NCBI GenBank assembly: GCA_030867685.1
Contig: JAQOWU010000008.1
Coordinates: 3,658,001-3,722,000, forward strand
Direction: 5' to 3'
From: Wickerhamiella versatilis
Lineage: Eukaryota
Length of the DNA: 64,000 bases
Below are positions 1 through 10,289 of this stretch, in pieces. The notes below the pieces were generated by a model. The model did not search any database. It was given only the letters and a program-made list of their open reading frames with translations, and had not been told where the DNA came from. The position numbers and the translations under genes were made by a program. The stretch's first letter is position 1; each line of letters begins with the position of its first letter.

Positions 1-2146
1 CTGCAATGCCTACATTCCGTTGATGCGTCTCACTCGAAGCATCTTGTGATGGCCGCTCACCAGATTCCGACGAAGTAGATACGTTTACCTGTGTTCCAGA
101 GGAGCGCGCTGTTAAGAGAGTTTCGATTTGTTCTTGGAAGTCGGCACGATCCTTGTCAGATTTAGCAACATGCTGTGATAATTGATCCACCAGATCACGG
201 ATCTTCTCCTCTGCCGTAAACTTCGCTATTTCGTTAGATTGAAGTTGTAACTCTTCAAGATCCTTGAGACGCCGCTGCACTTGATTGCGCCTTGCAGATG
301 TCTCTTCCTCTTCGTCGGACTGTAACTCAAGCTCGCGTGCTTCTAGTTGTACCGACTCGATGCGATCCTGAAGCTTTTTCAAACTACCGCTAGGTTGTCG
401 AGAGTGACCAGTAGCACCTCCCAACGCGCCCTGCAACCTTTGCAAGAGCGCACGCCTGTCGATCCTACCGTATTCGACATTGACAGCAGCACCATCTCTT
501 GCCTGTTCCTGAACAATGGCAAAAAGTTCTCTCATATCGAGATTACTAGATGTCTTCTCATACTGAAGGCGTTCTTCGTTCTCTCGAGCCTCTTCCTCGA
601 ATTCGACTATCCGCTGCCGAAGAATACCATTAGCCTCAGTGAGCTCAGTTACTTTATCTTGTAACCGGGCAATATTACCATCGGCGCCTAATCGAAGCAA
701 TTGTTCCATTCGTCGGCGTTCCGCTTCAGCGGCTTCTGCACGCCGAAGTGCTTGAGTCCGGTCTAGGTAGGCTTGTCGGGCTTGATCATCAGTGGTAAGT
801 CGATCTATTAAATGCTGGACTGTGAATGTCGCACCAGCTCCAGAAGCTGAGCCATCACTTACCACGTATTCTGCAAGTGCGTTTACGAGCCTGAACTTCG
901 CAGCACGATCTGTTTGAATGCGATTCAACGAAGACATAATATTTTTGAAATGGTCTTCGACCTCCTTATCCGCCTCGAGCTTTTTAACGGTAGCATCCAC
1001 AGGGGGAGCTGGAAGATCTCTGTGCGATAGCACTGACGGGGGACGCCTAATTAAGAAAAGATCCGCCTGCTCAAGCTCTCGATACTCATTGATTTTCTCA
1101 TCTATCCTTTCATGTCTCAATGTATGCATATTGTCGAAAAGCTTCGAAAGACCAGCTTTCTCTAAATCTTTACGCACGTCACATCGCTGTACTGGGGAGA
1201 GTTCTGAGTGTTCAGGGTTCACCAGCATGCAAGCTAAGGCGACAGTACCTAGAGAATAATCCAATAGCGTAGCCTCCGCACTAACACCAGCAGTTTTAAA
1301 CTGGTGCGTGGCACCTACGTGCGACCCAAACCGTCCCCTACTTTCAACTGCCAATTGCACCCTACGAATCCACTCAGAGAATACAGGGCCCTTAAGAGAT
1401 CCAAAGGCCCGCATTACTGCCGCATGTCCCTTGGGAATAAAATGTTCGTTGTAGACGAAAAATGTTAAAATGTCTGTAATAATCCGACAAGTCTCAATAT
1501 CTTCAGAAATCAACGGCCGAATCAATCTCTGAAGAATGCGTGGATTTTGAAGAGCCTCCTGAACGGCATCTGTGACATTGTACATGGATTTAAAGCATTT
1601 AACAAGGAGCCTTTTGCGCTCAACATTCGCTGGACCTTTCAGATGACCCAAAACTTCGCTCATAGCCACCTGTCCTTGCATCACCACGAAACGCTCAACC
1701 CAATGCACTGGTTTACTACGAAGTTGAACTTGGAGAGTGGTTAAAAATTCCCTACTGAGATTAGCCTCCATGATCCTTTGCACAAACCAGTCGGGACTCT
1801 CCTCCTTCGGGGTGGGCGCCAGCTTTGGAGGTGCCTGGTCCTGTGTCCGCTCCTCTGCGATTAAATGCTGCTTCAAAAGAAGCCTCTTTTTTTCAACTGG
1901 TAGCGCTGCCATAGTTGCTTGGCCCTGAACTGGCAGATTAGGGTAGTTTCGAGACTCGACCATATCAATAAAGAGCCTATTCACGTCTGCCTCAGAGGCG
2001 GTATCAATGCGCCCTTTTGCCGATTCAGCATCAAAACTGCTCCGCGAAGAGCTACTAGTCATTGAATCCGTACGTCGCAGCCTTCGCAGCGACGGTATAC
2101 CGCTCGGTCGCCGTTCCGGCCGGCGCATTGCTGAATAAACTGCCAT
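1..2146 (-). CDS. BNI1: Formin (Bni1/Bnr1-like), N-terminal GBD/FH3 part; runs off the window start
   Basis: Missing from the ORF track because its stop lies outside the window. Manual translation from ATG 2146 (in-frame TAA just upstream) gives ...RLFIDMVESRNYPNLP...EKKRLLLKQH...ESPDWFVQRIMEANLSREFLTTLQVQLRSKPVHWVERFVVMQGQVAM, typical of the formin GTPase-binding domain. The same frame is open at the window's first codons. Confidence 0.85.
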   Translation of the reverse strand, partial: MAVYSAMRRPERRPSGIPSLRRLRRTDSMTSSSSRSSFDAESAKGRIDTASEADVNRLFIDMVESRNYPNLPVQGQATMAALPVEKKRLLLKQHLIAEERTQDQAPPKLAPTPKEESPDWFVQRIMEANLSREFLTTLQVQLRSKPVHWVERFVVMQGQVAMSEVLGHLKGPANVERKRLLVKCFKSMYNVTDAVQEALQNPRILQRLIRPLISEDIETCRIITDILTFFVYNEHFIPKGHAAVMRAFGSLKGPVFSEWIRRVQLAVESRGRFGSHVGATHQFKTAGVSAEATLLDYSLGTVALACMLVNPEHSELSPVQRCDVRKDLEKAGLSKLFDNMHTLRHERIDEKINEYRELEQADLFLIRRPPSVLSHRDLPAPPVDATVKKLEADKEVEDHFKNIMSSLNRIQTDRAAKFRLVNALAEYVVSDGSASGAGATFTVQHLIDRLTTDDQARQAYLDRTQALRRAEAAEAERRRMEQLLRLGADGNIARLQDKVTELTEANGILRQRIVEFEEEARENEERLQYEKTSSNLDMRELFAIVQEQARDGAAVNVEYGRIDRRALLQRLQGALGGATGHSRQPSGSLKKLQDRIESVQLEARELELQSDEEEETSARRNQVQRRLKDLEELQLQSNEIAKFTAEEKIRDLVDQLSQHVAKSDKDRADFQEQIETLLTARSSGTQVNVSTSSESGERPSQDASSETHQRNVGIA

Positions 2147-2724
2147 CGCGCTCAGCCTTTAACGTACATAAACAACCCGCAGTTCTCAGTGGCAGAATAA
2201 GGTACTATTTTGTCTGGAGGCAGCTTTCTCTGTACTACCTATGATTAATGTCTAGTTTAGATCTTAGTTTGTTTTTTTCATTGGTGCCAAATATGTTTCC
2301 AATTTTAACGCAACCTTCATGTGCACATAGCATAAGTCGCATATATGAATCTTAGGATCATACAGAAACAGCTTGTATGATTTGTATAGCAGTTCTATAT
2401 CGTAAAGCGGCTTTTTTCTAGGATATTGTGACCAGCTAACGCCACTATGTATGGATGGTGCAAGAGCACCCAGGTCAATTCGAACATGTAGAGAAAAGAA
2501 GAGAGCAAATAGTGGAATAAAAACGGGAGAGCCGCATTATTAGGTCAATTCTATAAAAGTATAAGATACTGAATTCCTGCTAAGACCCTTTCCGGAACCA
2601 TGTAATTCAGAATTATAAAATTAAATCATCCATCCCTTTACGCATACGCATAAAGAAAATAATCAAGACTTTTTTCCGAAACACAGAAGTTTCTAATTAT
2701 TCTGTTGAAGCTGCTTTTAGGAAC

Positions 2725-4319
2725 ATGCATGCGTCATATCAAGCTCGTAAGTAAGTAATAAAATCCGGATCTGTGGGGATCATTCGGTGTTAATTATTTA
2801 TGAAAAGGAGTTTTTATGGATACCTATTTCGAGGATTGTTGAATTAATATCCTTAGCTAGACGTAATACAAACCAGGGCCGTCTGTAACTAACAGTGGCT
2901 GTAGTTGTGACTAACCCGGACCGCGGTATGGACGACACCGCTGCGGTGTCATTTTACTTGCTATGTGCTGGGTCAATGTTCCTGTTGACCCAGGGAATAG
3001 CCTTTTTTTGTGCGGGCCTCACATCACCTCGTTCCGCACTGGCACAGCTGTCTTATTCCCTGTTCGCAAATATGGTGACTCTTCTCCAACACTTTGTAGT
3101 GGGGTATTCTCTAATTGCTAGCTCATCTGATGGAATACTTGGCTGGTTTGTGGGAAATCTGAAGTTCTCGTTTTTCCAAAACATTCCAAGCGATTGGAGT
3201 CGGGACACCATTAAAATGCTTGGTTCTGTGCTGTTGTGCATATCTCTCGCTAGTGTGGCTTCAAGCTTACTAGCGAGTGGAGCTTCGCAAAGGGCGCATA
3301 TTATTTCGCTAATAGTTTTTCTAGCTGTTTGGCTAACCGTGGTTTATTGCCCAATAGCCTACTGGTGTTGGAACCCAAACGGATGGAGTAATAGATTGGG
3401 GGCACTGGACTACGCTGGTGGAACTGCTATACATTGCACGGCAGGGTTTTCGGCTCTTGTATATTCTCTAGTACTTGGGCAGCGAATAAGTTATGGGACA
3501 CAGGATAGCAAGGAAGAGCCATATAGCCTTCCAATTTTAATATTTGGGACAGTGCTTTCGTGGATAGGCTGGCTAGGATTTAATGGCGGTGCATCATTTG
3601 AACCATCTAGTCAAGCCCTGCATGCTGTGATCAATACCAATTTGTCGGCATCATCGGGAAGCCTTTCCTGGATGATCTTAGATCACTTTATGACTGGAGA
3701 GTGGTCGATTGTAGGTTTCTGCTCTGGAATTGTCTCTGGCCTAGTCACTATCACCCCAGGTGCGGGATATGTCCCATTTTGGAGCGCTATTCTGTTTGGT
3801 GCCTGCGGTGGGGTGCTGTGCAACTTGGGAACCAACATTAAATTCCAACTCAGCGTTGATGATCCATTGGATATCTTTGCTGTACATGGAATTGGGGGCC
3901 TGGTGGGAACTATACTTACCGGTGTATTTGCTCCTAACACCGGTCTCATATATGGCTCTTTCTGGCAGCTCAGTATGCAATTAGCTAGTGTGGGTGCAAC
4001 AATTGTTTACACCCTTGGCACTACTCTCATTATCCTCATTGGAATTGATTCAATACCTGCTCTCAGACTTAGAGTTACTCCTCAGCAAGAAATCCTGGGA
4101 ATAGATATAAGCGAGCATGGAGAGACGGCTGGTTTTGGTTCGCTCGAATCTCCTATGAATAGATACTCAAGCAAAGGAGATTCGCGTGATAGCCATTTGT
4201 TACACCGATTCCGTCAGACAAACCTGAATATCTCCATGGCCCCAGGAACCACTGAATCCCCCCTACTCCAGCATTTACCTCAAAGCTATGGTGTTCTGTC
4301 CTCTCGAGAAAGCATCTAG
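2725..4319 (+). CDS. Ammonium transporter (Amt/Mep family); probable exons 2725-2746 + 2896-4319 (alternative start ATG 2928)
   Basis: Motifs YCPIAYWCW, GALDYAGGTAIH, WIGWLGFNGG, DDPLDIFAVHG and EILGID. Candidate intron GTAAGT (2747) ... AACTAACAG (2895) restores an ATG start in frame. Confidence 0.9.
2747..2895 (+). other. Putative spliceosomal intron (149 nt) in the Mep gene
   Basis: GTAAGT donor, ACTAAC branch point directly followed by AG; phase-1 splice is in frame. Confidence 0.6.
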
Positions 4320-4424
4320 CTTCAACCTCCACGCGAAAACTATAGATTGGGAGATAAAAACGATTTTTTTGTTTAATAGTTATTTAATTCCACTTCTGAC
4401 GGGCTAGGGTTACCCGTCGATTGT

Positions 4425-4823
4425 ATGCTACCTCAAACAGCGCACTTAATTGAGATCGCGGTGAACCTGGAAAAATTGAAATTTAATGAAACTGGAAAAT
4501 ACTCTGAACTCCTGGGTGACTTTCGATTACCGGACTCTTTGCCATTATCGAGCGAGAAGTTAAGCCAGCTACCAAGTCTTGATCAGGAAGTCACTCCCCA
4601 CGAATTATGTATTAGATTACAGGCACATTGCAACTTTCTTGGGCTTTATGAATATTCTAACACTGTTTCTGTATTGGAGCGACGGTTAAGACAGGCAGAA
4701 GCAACCTTTAAAAAATTTCGGGAGTACATGGCTCCCGATAGCAACCGTTTGATGACTTATGATGGTGCCAATGCTGAAATTGAGAGGCTCACGGAAGCAG
4801 TTAATGCTAGCAACAGATCCTAG
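4425..4823 (+). CDS. Small coiled-coil protein, possibly a highly reduced DASH-complex Spc34-like protein
   Basis: 132-aa ATG ORF filling the gap between genes. Weak recalled resemblance of the N-terminus (HLIEIAVNLEKLKF) and C-terminal helices to Spc34; identity uncertain. Confidence 0.55.
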   Translation: MLPQTAHLIEIAVNLEKLKFNETGKYSELLGDFRLPDSLPLSSEKLSQLPSLDQEVTPHELCIRLQAHCNFLGLYEYSNTVSVLERRLRQAEATFKKFREYMAPDSNRLMTYDGANAEIERLTEAVNASNRS

Positions 4824-4884
4824 ATATACTGAAGACCTACACTAGAAATGCTTCGGGTTAGGATTAGTAAAAGAGGTATGATCT

Positions 4885-6225
4885 ATGCTTAAACGTTTTA
4901 TTCGTCAAGCACATTGTTTGAGCTGTGGCTCTACTTTTCACAGGCATACGCCTGCTGTTCCTGGCTTTCAAGAAGCGTCAGTCCAGCCACCAAAAAAGGC
5001 TATTGCTTCGTTTCAGGATAACCATTTTGAAAAACTCGTAAAGACCATGAGTGGACATCAGAAGACTGCATTGAATCTGCCGCATATTTCTGCTGATAAA
5101 ATTACCACGAGGCAGGATTTGACTCAAGCTAAAAGGCAAAATAAAATGATCAAGCAGATGACATTTTGTCGCCCTTGTCTTGATTCTCGGGATGGTAGAA
5201 ATGCCATTCTAAGACCTGTATATTCTAGTCCCCTTGAATGTTTATCCCAAATTCCACAGGATTCGACAATTTTTTATGTGTGCGATGCTATGGACTTCCC
5301 CATGACTTTGTCTCCACAACTTTTAAAAAACATTCCCCAAGCTCATTTTGTTGTGTCTCGCATAGATCTTGTTATAAGTCACCCCAATCAGGAAAAGAAA
5401 TTCAAAGAGTACGTTATGGATATTTTTTTTGGCAACCTTGGTGTTTCTCCTTCCCGTGTTCACACTGTCAGTACATTTAGGGGATGGGGGTTAACAAAAG
5501 TCGCTGAATGTTTGGGATGGAGCAATTACTTTATCGGACAAGCAAATACAGGTAAAACGCGACTGGTTCAATCACTTTCAGGTATCAGTGCAACCAACTC
5601 CACGTGGCCGGTGCCTTTTGTAACCCAGAATGCGACAAACTACAATTTGGGGCGCAAGGAGTTAATTGATATGCCCTCAATGCCTGAGGCCCAATCCAAG
5701 AAGGGTATTTTTGACATTGTTTCAACCAAGTATCTCCGCAAAATATGCTCAGGAAGACGACTATTCACTAATTCTAACTCACATTTGGCTACACCAAAAG
5801 TCACGGGTAAGTCAGGACAGACAATCTCTATATGTGGAGTCGTAGCATTGGAATTGCCTTCACTATATGATGATTCGAAAGCTTTCGTGCATATCTATCC
5901 GTTAGTGGGAGGTTTTAATCCTTCACAGGGCCGGGCACACTCGAGTATAAACGTTATAGACAAAATCAATTCGAGTAGTAACCCAAACTACACAAATTGG
6001 TCAATTGCCAAGAAAGATGGTATCAATAACTTGAAGTACGTTCGTGACTTTGACTTGAAATCCGGAAGAGAACTCGTAGTACGTGGATTGGGAGTTCTTG
6101 TTCCTATGATCACTGGTACTCCATTAGACAGCTATACTTGTCGTGTTTATGCACTTCCTGGGGTAGAAATTGGTGAACGTCCAAAAATTATGCCCGCGCT
6201 TTTCCCTAGACATACGGCTCGATAA
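4885..6225 (+). CDS. GEP3: Mitochondrial circularly permuted GTPase (Gep3/Mtg3, YqeH-like)
   Basis: Presequence-like N-terminus, CxxC...CxxC zinc motif, DAMDFP, P-loop GQANTGKT. Confidence 0.75.
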   Translation: MLKRFIRQAHCLSCGSTFHRHTPAVPGFQEASVQPPKKAIASFQDNHFEKLVKTMSGHQKTALNLPHISADKITTRQDLTQAKRQNKMIKQMTFCRPCLDSRDGRNAILRPVYSSPLECLSQIPQDSTIFYVCDAMDFPMTLSPQLLKNIPQAHFVVSRIDLVISHPNQEKKFKEYVMDIFFGNLGVSPSRVHTVSTFRGWGLTKVAECLGWSNYFIGQANTGKTRLVQSLSGISATNSTWPVPFVTQNATNYNLGRKELIDMPSMPEAQSKKGIFDIVSTKYLRKICSGRRLFTNSNSHLATPKVTGKSGQTISICGVVALELPSLYDDSKAFVHIYPLVGGFNPSQGRAHSSINVIDKINSSSNPNYTNWSIAKKDGINNLKYVRDFDLKSGRELVVRGLGVLVPMITGTPLDSYTCRVYALPGVEIGERPKIMPALFPRHTAR

Positions 6226-6279
6226 CTTACTACTTTACAAATTTCGATTGGAGTGGATTGGAACCTTTCTTTATTCAGC

Positions 6280-7530
6280 ATGCAGTGCCAACGCTGCAGA
6301 CTTCCATTGGCAGCACATCGAACACTGGCTTCTTTAAGCGAGCCTCAGGCAGCTCTTCTTATCAAAGACGAACATGAGACTGCTGGCAATACCACGTGGC
6401 CCGTCCACCCCAGCGAGGACGCATCATTCATCGTTCTCACTGAGTCTCTTGCAGGACCAAATCCCCTAAGAACACAAACGTCTGTGCAACCAACACAACA
6501 ACTTATCTCACGAGACTCCGAAGCATTGGAACGTTTTTTTGACTTTCTGAGTGCCCGCACTGATATTGATCTCCCGCTATGTGGAGAGTGTGCGGAGGCG
6601 GTACGAGCTGGACTAAAAGTCGCATATGAGGAAGCTTGTGCTGAACGCGACGCTTATATTGCTTTTCTTAATAAAATTAAGGATGAACCGGCAGTTGATG
6701 GCGATGAAATGCGCTCTTTGGAAAAGCAACTTCGGCAGCTGGAGAAGGACAACGAAGTCGCGTTAAAGGATCTTAAGTACGCAGAAGATGAAAATCGAAA
6801 AGCACAGAGAGAACTCGAACAGGTGCACCAAGAAGTTGAGAAGTCCTCAGTGGCAGACAATGAGCTGTATGTGAAGCGTAATGAGCAGGAGATTGAAGGC
6901 CAGCAACAAGTGACTGAGCGCAGAAGACTCGAGGCCTTGAAAGACTATCAGCAATTGCAGCTTCAGCGTCTACAGAGAACAAATGTCTATAATGATGTTT
7001 TCTGTATAGGATACGATGGAAATTTTGGCACAATCAATGGTCTTCGGCTCGGAAGGTTACGGGATAAAAAGGTTGAATGGACAGAGATAAATGGAGCTTG
7101 GGGGCAAACGCTTCTTTTGGTAGCGACAATGATAAACAAGCTGGGAATTAGACTCCCGGAATATCGCCTTCGACCTCTTGGCTCTATGTCACGAATAGAC
7201 CGGTATGAGTTAGACGAAGACGGAAATCCAACGGGAAAATCGCAAAGCTTTGAGCTATATTCCTCGGGGGATTATTCAATCGAGCGCCTTCTTAACCATA
7301 AGCGTATAGATTCTGCGATGGTTGCCTTCCTGGACGTCCTTCGGCAAGTAGGGGAATTTGTTGAAAATGCAGACCCAACCCTCAAGCTTCCGTACGCAAT
7401 TGAGGGCGATAAGATTGGAGGGTGTAGTATCCGTTTGTCGTTAAATACATCAAATGAAACTTGGACGGCAGCGTGTAAATATGTTTTGACGAACGCTAAG
7501 TGGATATTAGCGTACGTGGTATCGCATTGA
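6280..7530 (+). CDS. VPS30: Beclin-1 homolog Vps30/Atg6
   Basis: CQRC N-terminus, coiled coil, FGTINGLRLGRL, EWTEINGAWGQ, WTAACKYVLTNAKW. First ATG is at 6280. Confidence 0.95.
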   Translation: MQCQRCRLPLAAHRTLASLSEPQAALLIKDEHETAGNTTWPVHPSEDASFIVLTESLAGPNPLRTQTSVQPTQQLISRDSEALERFFDFLSARTDIDLPLCGECAEAVRAGLKVAYEEACAERDAYIAFLNKIKDEPAVDGDEMRSLEKQLRQLEKDNEVALKDLKYAEDENRKAQRELEQVHQEVEKSSVADNELYVKRNEQEIEGQQQVTERRRLEALKDYQQLQLQRLQRTNVYNDVFCIGYDGNFGTINGLRLGRLRDKKVEWTEINGAWGQTLLLVATMINKLGIRLPEYRLRPLGSMSRIDRYELDEDGNPTGKSQSFELYSSGDYSIERLLNHKRIDSAMVAFLDVLRQVGEFVENADPTLKLPYAIEGDKIGGCSIRLSLNTSNETWTAACKYVLTNAKWILAYVVSH

Positions 7531-7667
7531 ATAGAATATTTATTTCTAGTAATAATTGAAAGGCATCATCTCACTACTAATATTTGTGCCCATTAAGCGC
7601 AGTTTGACAGATTGGACGTTGTTATATAAATCAATTAAGGATCCATTACGTCATATAGGTCATAGAG

Positions 7668-9974
7668 ATGTTGGAGGATGAATTGAATCTAACTATTGAC
7701 ACGCTACCGAAGTGGCTTGCACTCAAGTCTTTGGGATTGAATGTGGATAGTCTAATTCTTGCTGAAAAGGTTCAAGCAGGGACATATCATGGAATCACCA
7801 CGGAAGACCTTTTTCAGCTCGCATCGGAAACTGCTGCTACGTTGATAACATGGCACCCAGACTGGTCCAAGCTTGGAGCAAGAATTCTCTTGGAAAAACT
7901 CTACAGATCGATACCACTACGTTTCAGTGAGGCTGCTCATCTTCTGTACGAAGAGGACCCAAGTACGAAGCGAAAAAGTTTATTGAGTGATGAAGTATAT
8001 GACATTGTTAACCAGAATAGACATGTGATTGACAACGCAATTAAGCATGAAAATGATCGTAGATGGGATTACTTCGGACTTCAAACACTAATGAAGTCTT
8101 ATCTTCTTCGTTGTAACGGTCAGATTGCAGAACTTCCACAGCATTTACTTATGCGTGTTGCACTTGGAATACATGGTAATAACATTCCAGACGTATTGAA
8201 AACCTATAATTTGATGTCAGAAGGATATTTCATACATGCGACACCGACCTTGTTCAATGCTGGTACTCGAAATGCACAAATGGCATCGTGCTATATTTTA
8301 TGCCTTAAAGAGGACTCTGTAGAGGGAATATTTGACACTCTAAAGCAATGTGCGCTAATATCGAAGTATTCAGGGGGGATTGGATTGCATATCTCGAACG
8401 TGCGTTCAGTACATTCATATATTGCTGGTACTGGAGGATTCAGCGGTGGCGTTGTTCCCATGCTGCGTATGTTTAACAATGCTGCACGATTTATTGATCA
8501 GGGTGGAGCCAAGCGTCCAGGAGCATTATCTATCACCTTGGAACCGTGGCATGCAGACATATTGGACTTCTTAGATCTTAGAAAAAATCATGGTAAAGAA
8601 GAGCTCCGTGCTCGTGATTTATTCTATGCATTATGGGTCCCAGATTTGTTCATGAAAAAAGTTGATGCAGATGAGGAGTGGTACTTATTTAGTCCAGACA
8701 CTGCCCCATATCTAAATGATTGTGTTGGTGAAGAGTTTGATTCACTCTACTCGAAATATGTTGCGGAAAAGCGATTTAGATCGAAAATTCCGGCTAGAAA
8801 ACTCTGGTATGCTATTCTTGATGCTCAGATAGAGACAGGAAATCCGTCAATACTTTACAAGGATGCAGCAAATGAGAGATCCAATCAAAAGAATTTGGGA
8901 GTAATCAAATCCTCAAACTTGTGTACTGAAATCATCGAATACTCTTCGCCAGGAGAAATAGCAGTCTGCAATCTTGCATCTATAGCTCTCCCACGCTGTA
9001 TAAACAACGGTGTATTCGATTATGAGAAGCTTCATGATATTACGAGAGTCATAACCCGGAACTTGAATATTATCATTGACAAGAATCTTTATCCCCTTCC
9101 TGAAGCAGAATCATCCAACAAAAAGCATCGGCCAATTGCGATTGGTGTGCAAGGACTCTCTGATGCATACCAGCAATTGGGGTTCAGTTTTGATTCTGTT
9201 GATGCTTCAAAGCTCAATACACAAATTTTCGAGACTATATATCATGGGGCTATTACTGAGTCACTAGAACTGGCCAAGTGCTCGCGCGCCTATTCTAGCT
9301 TTCAAGGCTCCCCGATGTCCGAGGGGAAATTTCAATTTGATCTTTGGGGCGTCACACCAACCCAGTGGGACTGGGAGACGCTCAGAAAAGAAGTAAAAAA
9401 ATATGGACTAGCGAACTCATTGCTTACTGCAGTAATGCCTACTGCATCTACATCCCAAATACTAGGTAATACGGAAAGTGTGGAGCCACTGACCTCGAAT
9501 ATATTCTCTCGGCGGACCCTCAGTGGTGAATACCAGATACTTAATTCCCTCCTTGTATCTAAGCTCGAGGCCCTAAATCTGTGGAATTCTGATATGCGGC
9601 AGCGTATCATGGCTGCAGGAGGTTCAATTCAGGAAATTCCTGAAATACCGGAAGATGTTCGGCGGGTGTTTAGGACCGCTTGGGAGATAAGTCAAAAGCA
9701 TGTTATAGATCAGGCAAAACAACGAGCGCCGTTTGTTGACCAATCCCAGAGCATGAACATTTTTATGGCTACCCCTACGAAACGTAAACTCTCCTCAATG
9801 CATTTCTATGGATGGAAAGCTGGGCTCAAGACTGGGTTATACTACTTGAGAACTCAGCCAGCAGCTTTGCCGATCCCATTCACTTTAGATCATCAGCTGA
9901 GGAAACGTGAGCGATCCAGTAGCACCGATGATGATTCTGATTCTAAGCGCATGTGCGATATGTGTGCTGCTTAA
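7668..9974 (+). CDS. RNR1: Ribonucleotide reductase class Ia large subunit
   Basis: HATPTLFNAG, QMASC, SNLCTEI, VCNLAS, MPTASTSQ, TGLYYLR and C-terminal CxxC (CDMC). Could be an RNR3-like paralog. Confidence 0.95.
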   Translation: MLEDELNLTIDTLPKWLALKSLGLNVDSLILAEKVQAGTYHGITTEDLFQLASETAATLITWHPDWSKLGARILLEKLYRSIPLRFSEAAHLLYEEDPSTKRKSLLSDEVYDIVNQNRHVIDNAIKHENDRRWDYFGLQTLMKSYLLRCNGQIAELPQHLLMRVALGIHGNNIPDVLKTYNLMSEGYFIHATPTLFNAGTRNAQMASCYILCLKEDSVEGIFDTLKQCALISKYSGGIGLHISNVRSVHSYIAGTGGFSGGVVPMLRMFNNAARFIDQGGAKRPGALSITLEPWHADILDFLDLRKNHGKEELRARDLFYALWVPDLFMKKVDADEEWYLFSPDTAPYLNDCVGEEFDSLYSKYVAEKRFRSKIPARKLWYAILDAQIETGNPSILYKDAANERSNQKNLGVIKSSNLCTEIIEYSSPGEIAVCNLASIALPRCINNGVFDYEKLHDITRVITRNLNIIIDKNLYPLPEAESSNKKHRPIAIGVQGLSDAYQQLGFSFDSVDASKLNTQIFETIYHGAITESLELAKCSRAYSSFQGSPMSEGKFQFDLWGVTPTQWDWETLRKEVKKYGLANSLLTAVMPTASTSQILGNTESVEPLTSNIFSRRTLSGEYQILNSLLVSKLEALNLWNSDMRQRIMAAGGSIQEIPEIPEDVRRVFRTAWEISQKHVIDQAKQRAPFVDQSQSMNIFMATPTKRKLSSMHFYGWKAGLKTGLYYLRTQPAALPIPFTLDHQLRKRERSSSTDDDSDSKRMCDMCAA

Positions 9975-10289
9975 GTTTGTTATTGTATATATAACCATTT
10001 GCCATTAATTAAAGTACTTAATGCGAAGAAAGTTTCTATACTATACCTTTCATTATGGGATCAGTTGCTTGCTTGCTTTGGCACGTTAAGAGGGTGAAAT
10101 TGCCGTTGTAAGAAAGGTAATTAAGATTCATAAATGAACATTTATTCAAGGCAACTATGTTACAGCAATAATTGCTCAGTTTTATATATTCAATTTCTTT
10201 CGCTACCTGCTTGCACACCACGCGAATCTCCCACGCAATAGTGTTGTTTCTATATATCTATTCGCGTCTGACATAACCGACTATATCTC

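Noticed and set aside
347-2244. Plus-strand ORFs of 60-113 aa at the window start
   Set aside because: They are antisense shadows of the minus-strand formin, which the ORF track missed.
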